Sequence record: NZ_CP072388.1
DNA: 64,000 nt
Source: a plasmid
Reading direction: 5' to 3' (one strand)
The translations under genes and the position numbers were made by a program. The notes under the pieces are model-generated. The model was not told the origin of the DNA, searched no databases, and saw nothing but the letters and a program-made list of their open reading frames with translations. Positions 9,056 to 18,926 of the stretch are shown one piece after another (position 1 is the stretch's first letter; each line of letters opens with the position of its first letter).

Positions 9056-9963
9056 TGGCCCTGCACACCCCCGCCGTGGCGACCCAGCAAGCTCGCCTGG
9101 CCACCGGTAACCGGTCCAAGGAACGCACCCCGACCTCGGTGCTCTTCCTGGCCCTGCTGTGGATCTCGCTGTTCGTCGCGTTCGCCACCCTCGTCGCGCT
9201 GATCGTCACGACGATCGCCCAGGGCGCCGACCGGCTCGACTCGCGCCTGTTCACCGAGTACCCGTCCTCGCGGCCCGAGGAGGCCGGGGCGCGCCCCGCG
9301 ATCCTGGGGTCGCTGTGGGTGATCGGCACCACCGCCGCCCTCGCGATCCCGCTCGGGGTCGCCGCGGCCGTGCACCTGGAGGAGTTCGCCGACCGGCGCC
9401 ACTGGTTCAACCGGTTCATCGAGCTCAACATCCAGAACCTGTCGGCCATCCCGTCGATCATCTACGGCATGCTCGCGATCGGGACCCTGGCCTTGATCGG
9501 CGTCGGGAACAAGAACATCGTGATCGGCGGCGCGCTCGCCCTGGCGCTGCTCATCCTGCCCGTCATCATCATCGCCACCCGTGAGGCGTTGCGCGCCGTC
9601 CCGCGCGAGCTGCGCCACGGGTCGCTCGCTCTAGGCGCGACCGAGCTGCAGACCACCTGGCGCATCACGTTGCCCGCCGCGGTCCCGGGCATCGCCACCG
9701 GCACGATCCTGGCCCTGTCCCGCGCGCTCGGCGAGGCCGCGCCGCTGCTGCTGCTGGGTGCCCTGGTGTTCATCTCCTTCGACCCCAACGGGCTGCTCTC
9801 GGGCTTCACCACCATGCCGATCCAGATCTATGGCTGGACCAACGCACCCCAGGCCGGGTTCCACGAGCTCGCGGCCGCGACCTCGATCCTGCTCGTGGGG
9901 ATCCTGCTGGCCATGAACGCGCTGGCCATCATCATCCGCAACCGCTACCAGCGCCGCTGGTGA
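9055..9963 (+). CDS. pstA: phosphate ABC transporter permease
   Basis: ATG overlaps the pstC stop (TGATG). Permease topology with an EAA-like loop. Confidence 0.9.
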   Translation: MALHTPAVATQQARLATGNRSKERTPTSVLFLALLWISLFVAFATLVALIVTTIAQGADRLDSRLFTEYPSSRPEEAGARPAILGSLWVIGTTAALAIPLGVAAAVHLEEFADRRHWFNRFIELNIQNLSAIPSIIYGMLAIGTLALIGVGNKNIVIGGALALALLILPVIIIATREALRAVPRELRHGSLALGATELQTTWRITLPAAVPGIATGTILALSRALGEAAPLLLLGALVFISFDPNGLLSGFTTMPIQIYGWTNAPQAGFHELAAATSILLVGILLAMNALAIIIRNRYQRRW

Positions 9964-9986
9964 GACCACCCGAGGACCACCCCACC

Positions 9987-10868
9987 ATGACCACCACCGG
10001 CACCTCCGCGAAGGCCACCATGTCCTCCAGCACCCAGATCTCCACTCGCCCCGCCCACAGCGAGCACCGCGAGATCCCTGCCGAGCCCAACCCGGTCCTG
10101 CAGTGCGAGGACGTCGACGTCTACTACGGCTCCTTCCGCGCCGTGCGCGACGTGTCCCTGGCGTTCGGGCACAACGAGATCACGGCCCTCATCGGCCCGT
10201 CCGGGTGCGGGAAGTCCACCATCCTGCGCTCCTTGAACCGGATGAACGACCTGGTCGAAGGCGCGCGCGTGACCGGGTCCGTACGGTACTGGGGCCAGGA
10301 CATGTATGGCGCCGGCGTGGACCCGATCGAGGTGCGCCGCCGCATCGGGATGGTCTTTCAAAAGCCCAACCCGTTCCCGAAGTCGATCTACGACAACATC
10401 GCCTACGGCCCGAGAGTCACGGGGATGAAGGTCGCGTCGATGGACGACCACGTCGAGCAGGCACTGACCCGCGCCGCCCTGTGGGACGAGGTCAAGGACA
10501 AGCTCAAGCAGTCCGCCTACGGCCTGTCCGGTGGGCAGCAGCAGCGCCTGTGCATCGCCCGCACGATCGCCGTCGAGCCCGACGTGATCCTCATGGACGA
10601 GCCGTGCGCGTCGCTCGACCCCATCGCGACCATGCGCATCGAGACCCTCATGACCGAGCTGCGCGACCTGTACACGATCGTCATCGTCACCCACAACATG
10701 CAGCAGGCGGCCCGCGTCGCCGACCGCACCGCGTTCTTCACCGCCGCCGTCGACGAGACCACCGGTGACCGCACGGGCGAGCTCGTCGAGTTCGACCACA
10801 CCGCGAAGATCTTCGAGAACCCGGCCGACCAGCGCACCGAGGACTACATCACCGGACGCTTCGGCTGA
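9987..10868 (+). CDS. pstB: phosphate ABC transporter ATP-binding protein
   Basis: Walker [10 protein letters not shown], signature [13 protein letters not shown], Walker B ILMDEP. A start at 9960 (GTG) is also possible. Confidence 0.9.
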   Translation: MTTTGTSAKATMSSSTQISTRPAHSEHREIPAEPNPVLQCEDVDVYYGSFRAVRDVSLAFGHNEITALIGPSGCGKSTILRSLNRMNDLVEGARVTGSVRYWGQDMYGAGVDPIEVRRRIGMVFQKPNPFPKSIYDNIAYGPRVTGMKVASMDDHVEQALTRAALWDEVKDKLKQSAYGLSGGQQQRLCIARTIAVEPDVILMDEPCASLDPIATMRIETLMTELRDLYTIVIVTHNMQQAARVADRTAFFTAAVDETTGDRTGELVEFDHTAKIFENPADQRTEDYITGRFG

Positions 10869-10888
10869 CCACCCACCAGGAGCCGACG

Positions 10889-11644
10889 ATGACCGTCACC
10901 CTTCCCCCGCGCGGTCCCAGCACCCAGCGCGAGGCCACCGCGCTCGGGCCCCAGACCGTGCGCGCCGTCCTCGTCGACCCCACGTTCGACCCTCGCGAAG
11001 GGCTCGTGACCGCGATGCGCGAGCAAGGCATCACGCTCGAGCCCGTGAGCGACCCGCTGCGCGGCCTCGCCCGCGCCTCGCTCGCACACACCCGCGCCGT
11101 CGTGGTCAGCGCAGCGGTGGCCGACCCGATGCTCAGCGCCTTCGTCGCCGTGGTGCGCGACGAGCTCGACCTGCCCGTCCTGCTCGCCCACCGGGCCGGC
11201 GACGCCGACCGGCTCGGCGGCGCGGTGCTCGCCGGGGCCCGGCCCGTCGTCGACCAGCCCTACCAGCCCGCGCGCATGGCCGCGACCCTGCTCGGCCTCG
11301 CCGGGAACCAGGAACCAGGGATCGTGCGCGTCGGATCGCTCGAGCTCGACCCGGACGCCTACGACGCACGCCTGCACGGACGCGGCATCGACCTGAGCAC
11401 GCTGGAGTTCGAGGTCCTGCACGAGCTGGCGACCCACCCCGACCACGTGATCCCGCGCGAGCGGTTCACCCACCGCTACTGGCCGCGTTCACCCGACCCG
11501 GACGGAACCCTGGCCGCGGTCATCTCCCGCCTGCGCCGCAAGCTCGACGCCCATCACCTCGCCGGCGCCATCCACACCGTGCGCGGGATCGGCTTTCGCC
11601 TGGAGAGCGCCGTCCTCGCCGCATACTCACACCCAAACCCATAG
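10889..11644 (+). CDS. OmpR/PhoB-type winged-helix DNA-binding protein with atypical (pseudo-)receiver N-terminus
   Basis: C-terminal trans_reg_C-like domain (LELDPDAYDARLHGRGIDLSTLEFEVLHELA...TVRGIGFRLE). The N-terminal 130 aa is receiver-like but lacks the acidic DD pocket. Lies directly after pstB. Confidence 0.65.
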   Translation: MTVTLPPRGPSTQREATALGPQTVRAVLVDPTFDPREGLVTAMREQGITLEPVSDPLRGLARASLAHTRAVVVSAAVADPMLSAFVAVVRDELDLPVLLAHRAGDADRLGGAVLAGARPVVDQPYQPARMAATLLGLAGNQEPGIVRVGSLELDPDAYDARLHGRGIDLSTLEFEVLHELATHPDHVIPRERFTHRYWPRSPDPDGTLAAVISRLRRKLDAHHLAGAIHTVRGIGFRLESAVLAAYSHPNP

Positions 11645-11656
11645 ACGTCGATCTAT
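11641..11656. promoter_or_regulatory. third copy of palindrome ATAGA-N6-TCTAT
   Basis: ATAGACGTCGATCTAT overlaps the stop codon of the 10889 regulator and lies upstream of the 11666 ORF. Confidence 0.3.
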
Positions 11657-11665
11657 CATGATGGG

Positions 11666-12079
11666 GTGGCGAGCCGACTCCTCGACCGGGACGTGAGCGC
11701 GACCGTCGCCGTCGCGGCGTCGGCCGAGCAGACGTGGCGTGCGCTCCTGGTCGTCCTGGGGATCGACGCCGAGGTACCGGGTGTGCCGGCGGCCTACGGG
11801 GCCATGGCCGGGCGTGTGCGCGACGCTGTGCCGGGGGACGGCTTGGTGGTGCGTGGCCGTCTGGGCGCGCGCACGTACGAGTTCTCCGCCCATCTCGTCG
11901 CCCGCGGTGTGTGGTGCGACCTGACGGTGGACGCAGCCCCGGACGACCTTGTCGGGGCAGTAGAGGGCGGGCGCTGGCGGCACCACCTGGCCCGGCGTCG
12001 GGTCCGGCAGCTCGTGCGAGATCTGGTGACCGATGTCGCGCGCACGGCGGGTAGCGGCGCCGGTCCGGTCTCGCGCTGA
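11666..12079 (+). CDS. hypothetical protein (possible SRPBCC-fold)
   Basis: GTG-start ORF of 137 aa. Family assignment is weak. Confidence 0.35.
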   Translation: MASRLLDRDVSATVAVAASAEQTWRALLVVLGIDAEVPGVPAAYGAMAGRVRDAVPGDGLVVRGRLGARTYEFSAHLVARGVWCDLTVDAAPDDLVGAVEGGRWRHHLARRRVRQLVRDLVTDVARTAGSGAGPVSR

Positions 12080-12093
12080 GAGGCTGCCCGGCT

Positions 12094-13005
12094 TCAGGGG
12101 GTGATCTCGCGTACGAGGTCGTGCACGCGCGCGGTGATGTCGTCGACGATGCGCACGACGTCCTGAAGTGGGCGACCGGAAGGGTCCTCGACGGTCCAGT
12201 CGACGTAGCGCCGGCCAGGGAAGACCGGGCAGGCGTCGCCGCAGCCCATGGTGACCACGACGCCTGAGGCGCGCACGACCTCGTCGGTGAGGGGGCGGGG
12301 AAACTCGGTCAGCGCGTCGAGGCCGCGTCGCGCGAGCTCGGTGCGCACGACGGGGTCGATCGAGGCGGCGGGCACCGACCCGGCAGTGCGCACGCGCACC
12401 TGGTCGCCGGCGATCGAGCGCAGCACCGCGGCGGCGATCTGGGACCTGCCGGCGTTGCGCACGCACACGAACAGCACGTCCTGGCGCGGCGCGAGGCCGT
12501 GCCGGTCGAGGGTGAGGGCGGCGAGCCGGTCGGCGGCGAAGCGCGCGGTGAGCGCGGGCAGGTGGCGGCGCACGGTGGCGCGGGCGGCGAGCAGGTCGTA
12601 GCTGTCGGTGACGAACCGGGCGACGGTCTCGGGCGCGAGGACGTCGGTGTAGGTGGCGCTCAGGTCGGCGGTGATCCGTCGCAGGAGGCGGTCGTGGTCC
12701 CCGGGTGGGACGTGCGCGGCGCCGGACCGGTCCGGCGCGCCGATCGCGGCGCCGCCGAATCGGGCCAGGGCGTCCGGGGTCGGGCGGTATCGCGCGTCGG
12801 GGCCGTGTCCGACGCGGACCAGGACACCGACGTCGCTCATGGCCTGCAGGTGCGCGCCGACGGCGTCGAGGGCGCCACCGGGTCCGGCCAGGTCTCGGGC
12901 GCGGGGCTGTCCACTCGGGTCGGTGATGATCAGGGCCAGGAGCCGCAACCTGTCGGGATCGGCCATCGTGGCGGCCTGGGCGGCGCGCAGGTCGTCCGGG
13001 CTCAT
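12094..13005 (-). CDS. arsC: fusion: degenerate ArsR-like HTH + linker domain + LMW-PTP-family arsenate reductase
   Basis: C-terminal CX5R P-loop VLFVCVRNAGRSQIAA and a distal Cys (VVTMGCGDACP) typical of thioredoxin-coupled ArsC. The N-terminal HTH-like region lacks the CVC motif. Confidence 0.75.
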   Translation of the reverse strand: MSPDDLRAAQAATMADPDRLRLLALIITDPSGQPRARDLAGPGGALDAVGAHLQAMSDVGVLVRVGHGPDARYRPTPDALARFGGAAIGAPDRSGAAHVPPGDHDRLLRRITADLSATYTDVLAPETVARFVTDSYDLLAARATVRRHLPALTARFAADRLAALTLDRHGLAPRQDVLFVCVRNAGRSQIAAAVLRSIAGDQVRVRTAGSVPAASIDPVVRTELARRGLDALTEFPRPLTDEVVRASGVVVTMGCGDACPVFPGRRYVDWTVEDPSGRPLQDVVRIVDDITARVHDLVREITP

Positions 13006-13024
13006 CGGGGCACGCCCCGCCCGG

Positions 13025-13381
13025 TCAGCGCAGCAGGTCCGCGATCGCGTGCAGACGGACGGGGACGATGGAGTACCAGACCTCGCGTCCCACGGGGTCG
13101 CGGGTGACGATGCCCGCCTCGGTCATCACCTTCAGGTGGTGGGACACGGTGGGCTGGCGCAGGCCGAGCGCGCGGGTCAGGTCCGCGACGCGGGCACGGG
13201 CATCGGCGCTGTGGTGGATCAGGCTCAGCAGCTGTAGGCGGGTGGGGTCGGAGACGACCCGCAGCAGCGTGGCGGTGTCCTCGGCCTGCTCGCGGCTCAG
13301 CGTCGTGCGCAGGGCGGGCCCCGGCGCGCGTTCGGCCCGCCCCTGCAGGGGCGGGGACGACTCGCTTGCCGGGGCGCTCAC
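13025..13381 (-). CDS. arsR: ArsR-family regulator (cysteine-free)
   Basis: LQLLSLI...QPTVSHHLKVM HTH. No Cys anywhere in the protein. Confidence 0.8.
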   Translation of the reverse strand: MSAPASESSPPLQGRAERAPGPALRTTLSREQAEDTATLLRVVSDPTRLQLLSLIHHSADARARVADLTRALGLRQPTVSHHLKVMTEAGIVTRDPVGREVWYSIVPVRLHAIADLLR

Positions 13382-13403
13382 CCATCGAGGATAGCCGTCC
13401 GCG

Positions 13404-13844
13404 TCAGGCGGCCGGGGTGGGCGCGACCGGCGTGACGCCGAGCTCGCCCAGCAGGGTCAAGACACGGCCGCGGATCTCGTCGCGAATGGGGCGCACAGAC
13501 TCGATGCCCTGCCCTGCCGGGTCGGCGAGCTCCCAGTCCTCGTAGCGCTTGCCGGGGAAGATCGGGCAGGCGTCGCCGCAGCCCATGGTGATGACGACGT
13601 CGGACGCCTGGACGGCCTCGGTGGTGAGGACCTTGGGCTGCTCGGCGCGGATGTCGATGCCCTCTTCGAGCATGGCCTCGACGGCGACGGGGTTGATCTG
13701 GTCCGCCGGGGCCGAGCCGGCGGAGCGGACCTCGACGGCGCCGCCGGACAGTGCGCGAAGGTAGCCGGCGGCCATCTGGGATCGGCCGGCGTTGTGGACG
13801 CAGACGAACAGGGCTGACGGCTTCGCGGTGGTGGTGTCGGTCAT
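13404..13844 (-). CDS. arsC: arsenate reductase, LMW-PTP family (thioredoxin-coupled)
   Basis: AGGAGAA RBS. P-loop ALFVCVHNAGRSQMAAG. Downstream Cys pair ITMGCGDACP. Confidence 0.85.
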   Translation of the reverse strand: MTDTTTAKPSALFVCVHNAGRSQMAAGYLRALSGGAVEVRSAGSAPADQINPVAVEAMLEEGIDIRAEQPKVLTTEAVQASDVVITMGCGDACPIFPGKRYEDWELADPAGQGIESVRPIRDEIRGRVLTLLGELGVTPVAPTPAA

Positions 13845-13870
13845 GGCGTTCTCCTGGTTGCTGGTGGATC

Positions 13871-14881
13871 TCAGGCGATGGTCAGGGTCAGGTCGGGCAG
13901 CAGGTCGGCGAGCAGGCCCCGTACTCGCTCGTCGAGGTCGTCGCGGATCGCGGCGACCCCTGCGGGGGAGGCCAGGGCGGGGTCGCCGACGAGCCAGTCC
14001 TCGTACCTCTTGCCGGGCAGCACGGGGCAGACGTCGCCGCAGCCCATGGTGATGACGACATCGGCGGCGCGGACGGCGTCGTCGGTCAGGGGCTTGGGGA
14101 AGGCTTCGTCGTCGTCGGTGCCGAGCTCGGTCAGGGCCTCGAGCACCCCGTCGTGGATGTCGGCGGCAGGCGTGGACCCGGCGGAGCGGACCACGACGCG
14201 GTTCCCGGCGTAGTGCTGCAGCAGGGCGGCGGCGAGCTGGGAGCGTCCGGCGTTGGCGACGCAGACGAACAGCACTTGCGGTCGGGCGTCGCCGGAGCGG
14301 GTGAGGTCGGCCAGTCTCTGGCGGGCGAACCGTGCGGTGAGCGGCACCAGGTGGGCCGAGACCTTCGCCGAGCGGGCCAGGTCGGTGTAGGACTCGCGGA
14401 CCACGCGTTGCACGACGTCGAACCGGACGTCGGGAAACGCTCCGGCGAGGTCCTCGGCGAGGTGGTCGAGCGCCGGGTCGACGTCGTCCAGCCCCGCCAG
14501 GACGGCCGCACCGTGTGCAGAGCCCAGCGCGGCCGGGGCGAACGAGTCGAGCAGCGTCGTCACCGCGGCCTTGTAACCGCCGGTGATGCGGTACCAGACC
14601 CAGGTGCCGCGCCGTTCGGAGGTCAGCACGCCGACGTCGCGCAGCACCTTGAGGTGGTGCGACACGGTGGGCTGTGACACGTCGGTGAGGGCGGCGAGGT
14701 CGCACACGCACGCCTCCCCGGCGGGTGCGGTCGCGATGAAGGACAGCATCCGTAGCCGCAGCGGCTCGGCGAGGGCCTTGAGCGTGGTGGCGACGGCGCC
14801 GGCGACCTCGGTGCCGATCGCGTGGGACTCGATCTGCGGGGCGCAGTCCGGGTCCGTGACAGTCAAGGGTGTGGTGGTCAT
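13871..14881 (-). CDS. tri-domain fusion: ArsR (EACVCDL metalloid site) + linker domain + LMW-PTP arsenate reductase
   Basis: N-terminal LRLRMLSFIA...EACVCDL...QPTVSHHLKVL. C-terminal VLFVCVANAGRSQLAA...ITMGCGDVCP. ATG overlaps the acr3 stop (ATGA). Confidence 0.8.
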   Translation of the reverse strand: MTTTPLTVTDPDCAPQIESHAIGTEVAGAVATTLKALAEPLRLRMLSFIATAPAGEACVCDLAALTDVSQPTVSHHLKVLRDVGVLTSERRGTWVWYRITGGYKAAVTTLLDSFAPAALGSAHGAAVLAGLDDVDPALDHLAEDLAGAFPDVRFDVVQRVVRESYTDLARSAKVSAHLVPLTARFARQRLADLTRSGDARPQVLFVCVANAGRSQLAAALLQHYAGNRVVVRSAGSTPAADIHDGVLEALTELGTDDDEAFPKPLTDDAVRAADVVITMGCGDVCPVLPGKRYEDWLVGDPALASPAGVAAIRDDLDERVRGLLADLLPDLTLTIA

Positions 14882-15984
14882 GACCTCACCTCTTCCAGCT
14901 CGGGTGTTCGAGTCGTGGGGGCGTAGGGGTCGACGGCGAACCAGCGGCGCGCGAGCCACAGGGAGACGTAGACGAGGCCGACGAGGACGGGGACCTCGAT
15001 GAGCGGGCCGACGACGCCGGCCAGGGCCTGACCTGACGTGGCGCCGAACGTGCCGATGGCGACGGCGATCGCGAGCTCGAAGTTGTTGCCCGCAGCGGTG
15101 AAGGCGAGCGTCGTGGAGCGTGCGTAACCGAGCGCGAGCATCTTGCCGACGACGATGCCGATGCCCCACATGGCGGCGAAGTACACCAGCAGCGGCAGCG
15201 CGATGCGGGCCACGTCGAGCGGGTGGGAGGCGACGGCCTCGCCCTGCAGGGCGAAGAGCAGCACGATCGTGAACAGCAGTCCGTACAGCGCCCACGGCCC
15301 GACCTTCGGCAGGAACCGGTCCTCGTACCAGGTGCGGCCCTTGGCGCGTTCGCCGACCAGGCGGGAGGCGAACCCGGCGGCCAGCGGGACACCGAGGAAG
15401 ACGAGGACGTTGAGCGCGATCTGCCCGACCGAGACGTCGAGGCCCTGGGTGTCCAGACCGAGCCATCCGGGCAGCACGGTGAGGTAGAAGTAGCCGAGCA
15501 GCGAGAACGCGACGACCTGGAAGGCGGAGTTGATCGCGACCAGCACCGTGGCCGCCTCCCGATCCCCGCACGCGAGGTCGTTCCAGATCACGACCATCGC
15601 GATGCAGCGGGCCAGGCCGACGATGATCAGCCCTGTGCGGTACTCGGGCAGGTCGGGCAGGAAGGCCCAGGCAAGGGCGAACATCAGCGCGGGACCGACC
15701 AGCCAGTTCAGTACCAGCGAGGAGACCAGGAGCCTCTTGTCGCCGGTGACCGCGCCGACGCGGTCGTAGCGGACCTTGGCCAGGACCGGGTACATCATGA
15801 CGAGCAGGCCGAGCGCGATCGGGACCGAGATCCCGCCGACCTCCATCGCCGTGAGCACCTCGGACAGGGCGGGGACGAACCGGCCCAGGACGAGACCGGC
15901 GACCATCGCGAGGCCGATCCACAGCGGCAGCCACCGGTCCAGCGTGGACAGGCGCCCGCGCGTGGCGGTCGTGGGGTCGCTCAC
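14878..15984 (-). CDS. acr3: ACR3-family arsenite efflux permease
   Basis: ten predicted TM helices (hydropathy estimate by eye). Conserved ACR3 regions LNWLVGPALMFALAW and IVGLARCIAMVVIWNDLACGD (catalytic Cys region). GTG start overlaps the trxA stop (GTGA). Confidence 0.9.
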   Translation of the reverse strand: MSDPTTATRGRLSTLDRWLPLWIGLAMVAGLVLGRFVPALSEVLTAMEVGGISVPIALGLLVMMYPVLAKVRYDRVGAVTGDKRLLVSSLVLNWLVGPALMFALAWAFLPDLPEYRTGLIIVGLARCIAMVVIWNDLACGDREAATVLVAINSAFQVVAFSLLGYFYLTVLPGWLGLDTQGLDVSVGQIALNVLVFLGVPLAAGFASRLVGERAKGRTWYEDRFLPKVGPWALYGLLFTIVLLFALQGEAVASHPLDVARIALPLLVYFAAMWGIGIVVGKMLALGYARSTTLAFTAAGNNFELAIAVAIGTFGATSGQALAGVVGPLIEVPVLVGLVYVSLWLARRWFAVDPYAPTTRTPELEEVRS

Positions 15985-16304
15985 GCGAGGACCTCCTCGA
16001 TCTCGGCGACCAGCGCCTGCTTCGGGCGTGCGCCGACGACGGACTTCACCAGCTGGCCGTCGGAGTAGAAGTTCAGCGTCGGGATCGACACGACGCCCGC
16101 CGCCGCCACGGTCTTCGGGTTGGCGTCGGCGTCGAGCTTGGCGATCGTGAGCCTGCCCTCGTACTCCTGCGCGAGCTCGGCCAGGATCGGGGCGACCTGG
16201 CGGCACGGGCCGCACCACGTGGCCCAGATATCCACCAGCACAGGCACTTCGGAGGCCAGGACCACCTCGTCGAAGGTGTCGTCGGTGACGGTCACGGTGC
16301 TCAT
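15981..16304 (-). CDS. trxA: thioredoxin
   Basis: WCGPC active site, 108 aa, GGAGGAG RBS. ATG overlaps the trxB stop (ATGA). Confidence 0.9.
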   Translation of the reverse strand: MSTVTVTDDTFDEVVLASEVPVLVDIWATWCGPCRQVAPILAELAQEYEGRLTIAKLDADANPKTVAAAGVVSIPTLNFYSDGQLVKSVVGARPKQALVAEIEEVLA

Positions 16305-17323
16305 CGGATCTCCTCCAGCGCCAGGGGCAGCTCGTCGGGGTTCGGGGTCTCGGGCGTGCCGGCCAGGTTCGCAAGGCCGGCGGCGTCGGCGAGCTCGGTG
16401 AGGTAGGCCTGGGCGTCCAGGGCGGCGGAGGCGCCGGTCCCGGCGGCCGTGATGGCCTGCCGGTAGGTGTGGTCGACCACGTCGCCGGCGGCGAACACGC
16501 CCGACAGGTTGGTGCGGGTGGAGCGGCCCTGGACCAGGATGTAACCGTCGTCGTCGAGGTCGACCTGGCCCTTGACCAGGTCGGTGCGCGGCTCGTGGCC
16601 GACGGCGACGAACAGGCCCGTCGCGGGCAGCTCGCGCTCGGCGCCGGTCACGGTGTCGCGCAGCGTCAGGCCCTCGACCTTGTTCTCTCCGCCGATCGCG
16701 GCGACCTCGCTGTTCCAGGCGAACTCGATCTTCGGGTCGTTCAGGGCGCGGTCGGCCATGATCTTCGACGCACGCAGCTCCCCACGGCGGTGCACGACGG
16801 TGACCTTGGACGCGAACCGGGTGAGGAACGTGGCCTCCTCCATCGCGGAGTCCCCGCCGCCGACGACCGCGATGTGCTGGTCGCGGAAGAAGAACCCGTC
16901 GCAGGTGCCGCACCAGGACACCCCGCGCCCGGACAGCCGCTCCTCCTCGGGCAGGCCGAGCTTGCGGTAGGCGGACCCGGTGGTCAGGATCACCGCCCGG
17001 GCCCGGTAGGTGTCGCCGCTGCCGGTGTGGAGCGTCTTGACCGGGCGGTCCAGCTCGAGGGACGTCACGTCGTCCCACACGATGCGCGCCCCGAACTTCT
17101 CGGCCTGGGCCCGCATGGCGTCCATGAGCTCAGGGCCTTGGATGCCGTCCGCGAACCCGGGGAAGTTCTCCACCTCGGTCGTGGTCATCAGCGCGCCACC
17201 GGCGGTGACCGAGCCGGCGACCACCACCGGCGCCAGGCCGGCACGGGCGGCGTAGATCGCCGCGGTGTACCCGGCGGGGCCCGACCCCACGATCACGATC
17301 TCCTGAACCTCTTGCATCGACAT
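16301..17323 (-). CDS. trxB: thioredoxin-disulfide reductase
   Basis: [18 protein letters not shown] motif, redox CGTCDG (CxxC), NADPH motif [10 protein letters not shown]. Confidence 0.9.
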   Translation of the reverse strand: MSMQEVQEIVIVGSGPAGYTAAIYAARAGLAPVVVAGSVTAGGALMTTTEVENFPGFADGIQGPELMDAMRAQAEKFGARIVWDDVTSLELDRPVKTLHTGSGDTYRARAVILTTGSAYRKLGLPEEERLSGRGVSWCGTCDGFFFRDQHIAVVGGGDSAMEEATFLTRFASKVTVVHRRGELRASKIMADRALNDPKIEFAWNSEVAAIGGENKVEGLTLRDTVTGAERELPATGLFVAVGHEPRTDLVKGQVDLDDDGYILVQGRSTRTNLSGVFAAGDVVDHTYRQAITAAGTGASAALDAQAYLTELADAAGLANLAGTPETPNPDELPLALEEIR

Positions 17324-17398
17324 GCCTCTATGTTGACACCGGTCGATGCAGCGCGCAAGGTGGATATCGATGAACGTCGATGCAACAGGAAGTGGATC

Positions 17399-17656
17399 AT
17401 GAACTGTTACGAGCACGCGCAGGAAGGCCGCGAGACGGTCGCCGTGGGGGTCTGCCCGCGCTGTGGCGCCGCGGTCTGCGCCGAGCACGCGGGGGAGTGT
17501 CGGGTCGAGATCGTTCGGAGCAACGGTGTCGGGTCGCCGACCCTCGGGCAGCACCGGGTCGTGTGCTGCGACCGGTGCCGCGCCTCTGGAGCTTGTGCCG
17601 GCGTGTGGCGGGCGGGCGTCGACGGCGCGCGTGAGCCGGCTGGTCGCGGCGTGTAG
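17399..17656 (+). CDS. small Cys-rich zinc-ribbon protein (DUF2180-like), paralog of 2423
   Basis: MNCYEH...[12 protein letters not shown]...CCDRCR. Divergent from trxB. The intergenic region carries GTCGATGCA twice. Confidence 0.5.
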   Translation: MNCYEHAQEGRETVAVGVCPRCGAAVCAEHAGECRVEIVRSNGVGSPTLGQHRVVCCDRCRASGACAGVWRAGVDGAREPAGRGV

Positions 17657-17705
17657 CGCTCAGTTCACCGTGCTCGGAAGAAGCCCTGGTGGGTCGCCGG
17701 GGCGG

Positions 17706-18926
17706 TCATGCAGCGTTTGGGCGGTGCACCCCGGTCGACAGGGCGATGAGTGCCGCGAGGGCGGCGGACGCGGCAAGGACCGCGAACGTCGCCGGGTAGG
17801 AGCCGGTGGCGCCGGTGAACGCGGCGGCCGCCCAGGGCGCCAGTGCCATCGCGAGCGTGGTGGGGGCGTTGAGGATCCCGAACAAGACGCCGTACGAGCC
17901 CGATCCCCACCGGTCGCTGATCGCGGTGGACTGCAGCAGCGTGAATGCGCCGCGCGCCACGCCGAGGGCGACGGCGGCGGCGATGAGCGCGGTGGCCGGT
18001 CCGTCGAGCAGCCCGACGATGGCGATCGTCAGGGCCGAGGTGCCGAGGAGCGCGCTGGCGCGGACGGGTGGTGTGGTGCGCGCGGCGAGCGATCCGTACG
18101 CGATGCGCCCCAGGAGCTGACCCGCGCCGGACAGGCCGAGCGCCCACGCGGCCGCAGCCGCTGTCAGGCCGCGCCAGGTCAGCATCGGCACCAGATGGAT
18201 GGTGGCGGCGAACATCGCGAACGCGCCCAGCGCGGTGGCGCAGGTCAGGGCGAGGAACGCTCGAGAGCGCGCGATCGTTCGCCACCCGCCTCCGCCGTGT
18301 GCGTGCTGGGCGGTCTCGAGGGGCGGCCAGGGTGCGCGCAGGCCGATTGCGTGCGCGGGGATGGTCGTCAGGGCGAGCAGGACGGCCAGGAAGAGGTAGG
18401 TCTGGCGCCATCCCGCGTGCTGGACCAGGGCGGCGGTCAGGGGCGCGAAGATCGTGCTCGCGAGCCCTGCCACCAGGGTCAGCACGAGCAGGGCCCGGGT
18501 CCGCGCGGGCCCGTACCAGCGGGTGATCGCGGTGAACGCCGGGGCGTAGAGCACCATCGACTGGGCGACGCCGACCATGACCCAGGCGGCGAGGAACCAA
18601 CCCAGGGACGGGGCAAGCGCGACGGCGATCACGGCGACGCTCGCCAGGACGGACCCAGTGGTCATCACCGCCCGGGGACCGTGGTGATCGATGCGTCTGC
18701 CCACGAGCACGCCCGCGCCGGCTGCGACGACCAGGGCCGCGGAAAACGCGGCCGTCGCGCTGGCTGGCGACCAGCCGGTGTCGGCCGTGATGGCCGGCAA
18801 GGCGACCGGGAAGGAGTAGTACAGGACGCCCCACCCCACGACCTGGGTCAGGCACAAGGCCGCGAGGGTGCCGCGTGGGCCGGTGCGCAGACCGGCGTCG
18901 CCTCGGCCCCTCTGCGTGGTGGTCAC
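17706..18926 (-). CDS. MFS transporter (candidate ArsK/ArsJ-like efflux)
   Basis: Twelve TM segments. Start and stop overlap the upstream flavin-monooxygenase gene. Confidence 0.8.
   Translation of the reverse strand: MTTTQRGRGDAGLRTGPRGTLAALCLTQVVGWGVLYYSFPVALPAITADTGWSPASATAAFSAALVVAAGAGVLVGRRIDHHGPRAVMTTGSVLASVAVIAVALAPSLGWFLAAWVMVGVAQSMVLYAPAFTAITRWYGPARTRALLVLTLVAGLASTIFAPLTAALVQHAGWRQTYLFLAVLLALTTIPAHAIGLRAPWPPLETAQHAHGGGGWRTIARSRAFLALTCATALGAFAMFAATIHLVPMLTWRGLTAAAAAWALGLSGAGQLLGRIAYGSLAARTTPPVRASALLGTSALTIAIVGLLDGPATALIAAAVALGVARGAFTLLQSTAISDRWGSGSYGVLFGILNAPTTLAMALAPWAAAAFTGATGSYPATFAVLAASAALAALIALSTGVHRPNAA

Noticed and set aside
7014-11473. Antisense and alternate-frame ORFs over the pst operon (7014..8135 -, 7049..7834 +, 8860..9618 -, 9945..10799 -, 10103..10768 +, 10844..11473 -)
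   Set aside because: No motifs and extreme R/G/D composition. The pst genes are unambiguous.
12499-13237. Plus-strand ORFs (202 aa, 194 aa) across the arsR/arsC genes
   Set aside because: Antisense to genes with clear ArsR HTH and ArsC P-loop motifs. Gly/Arg-rich.
13404-16374. N-terminal extensions of the tracked ORFs for arsC (435 aa), the arsR-arsC fusion (687 aa), acr3 (498 aa) and trxA (365 aa)
   Set aside because: The extensions are the antisense or overlap frames of neighbouring genes. Internal starts with RBS, and stop/start overlaps, fit operon structure and known protein lengths.
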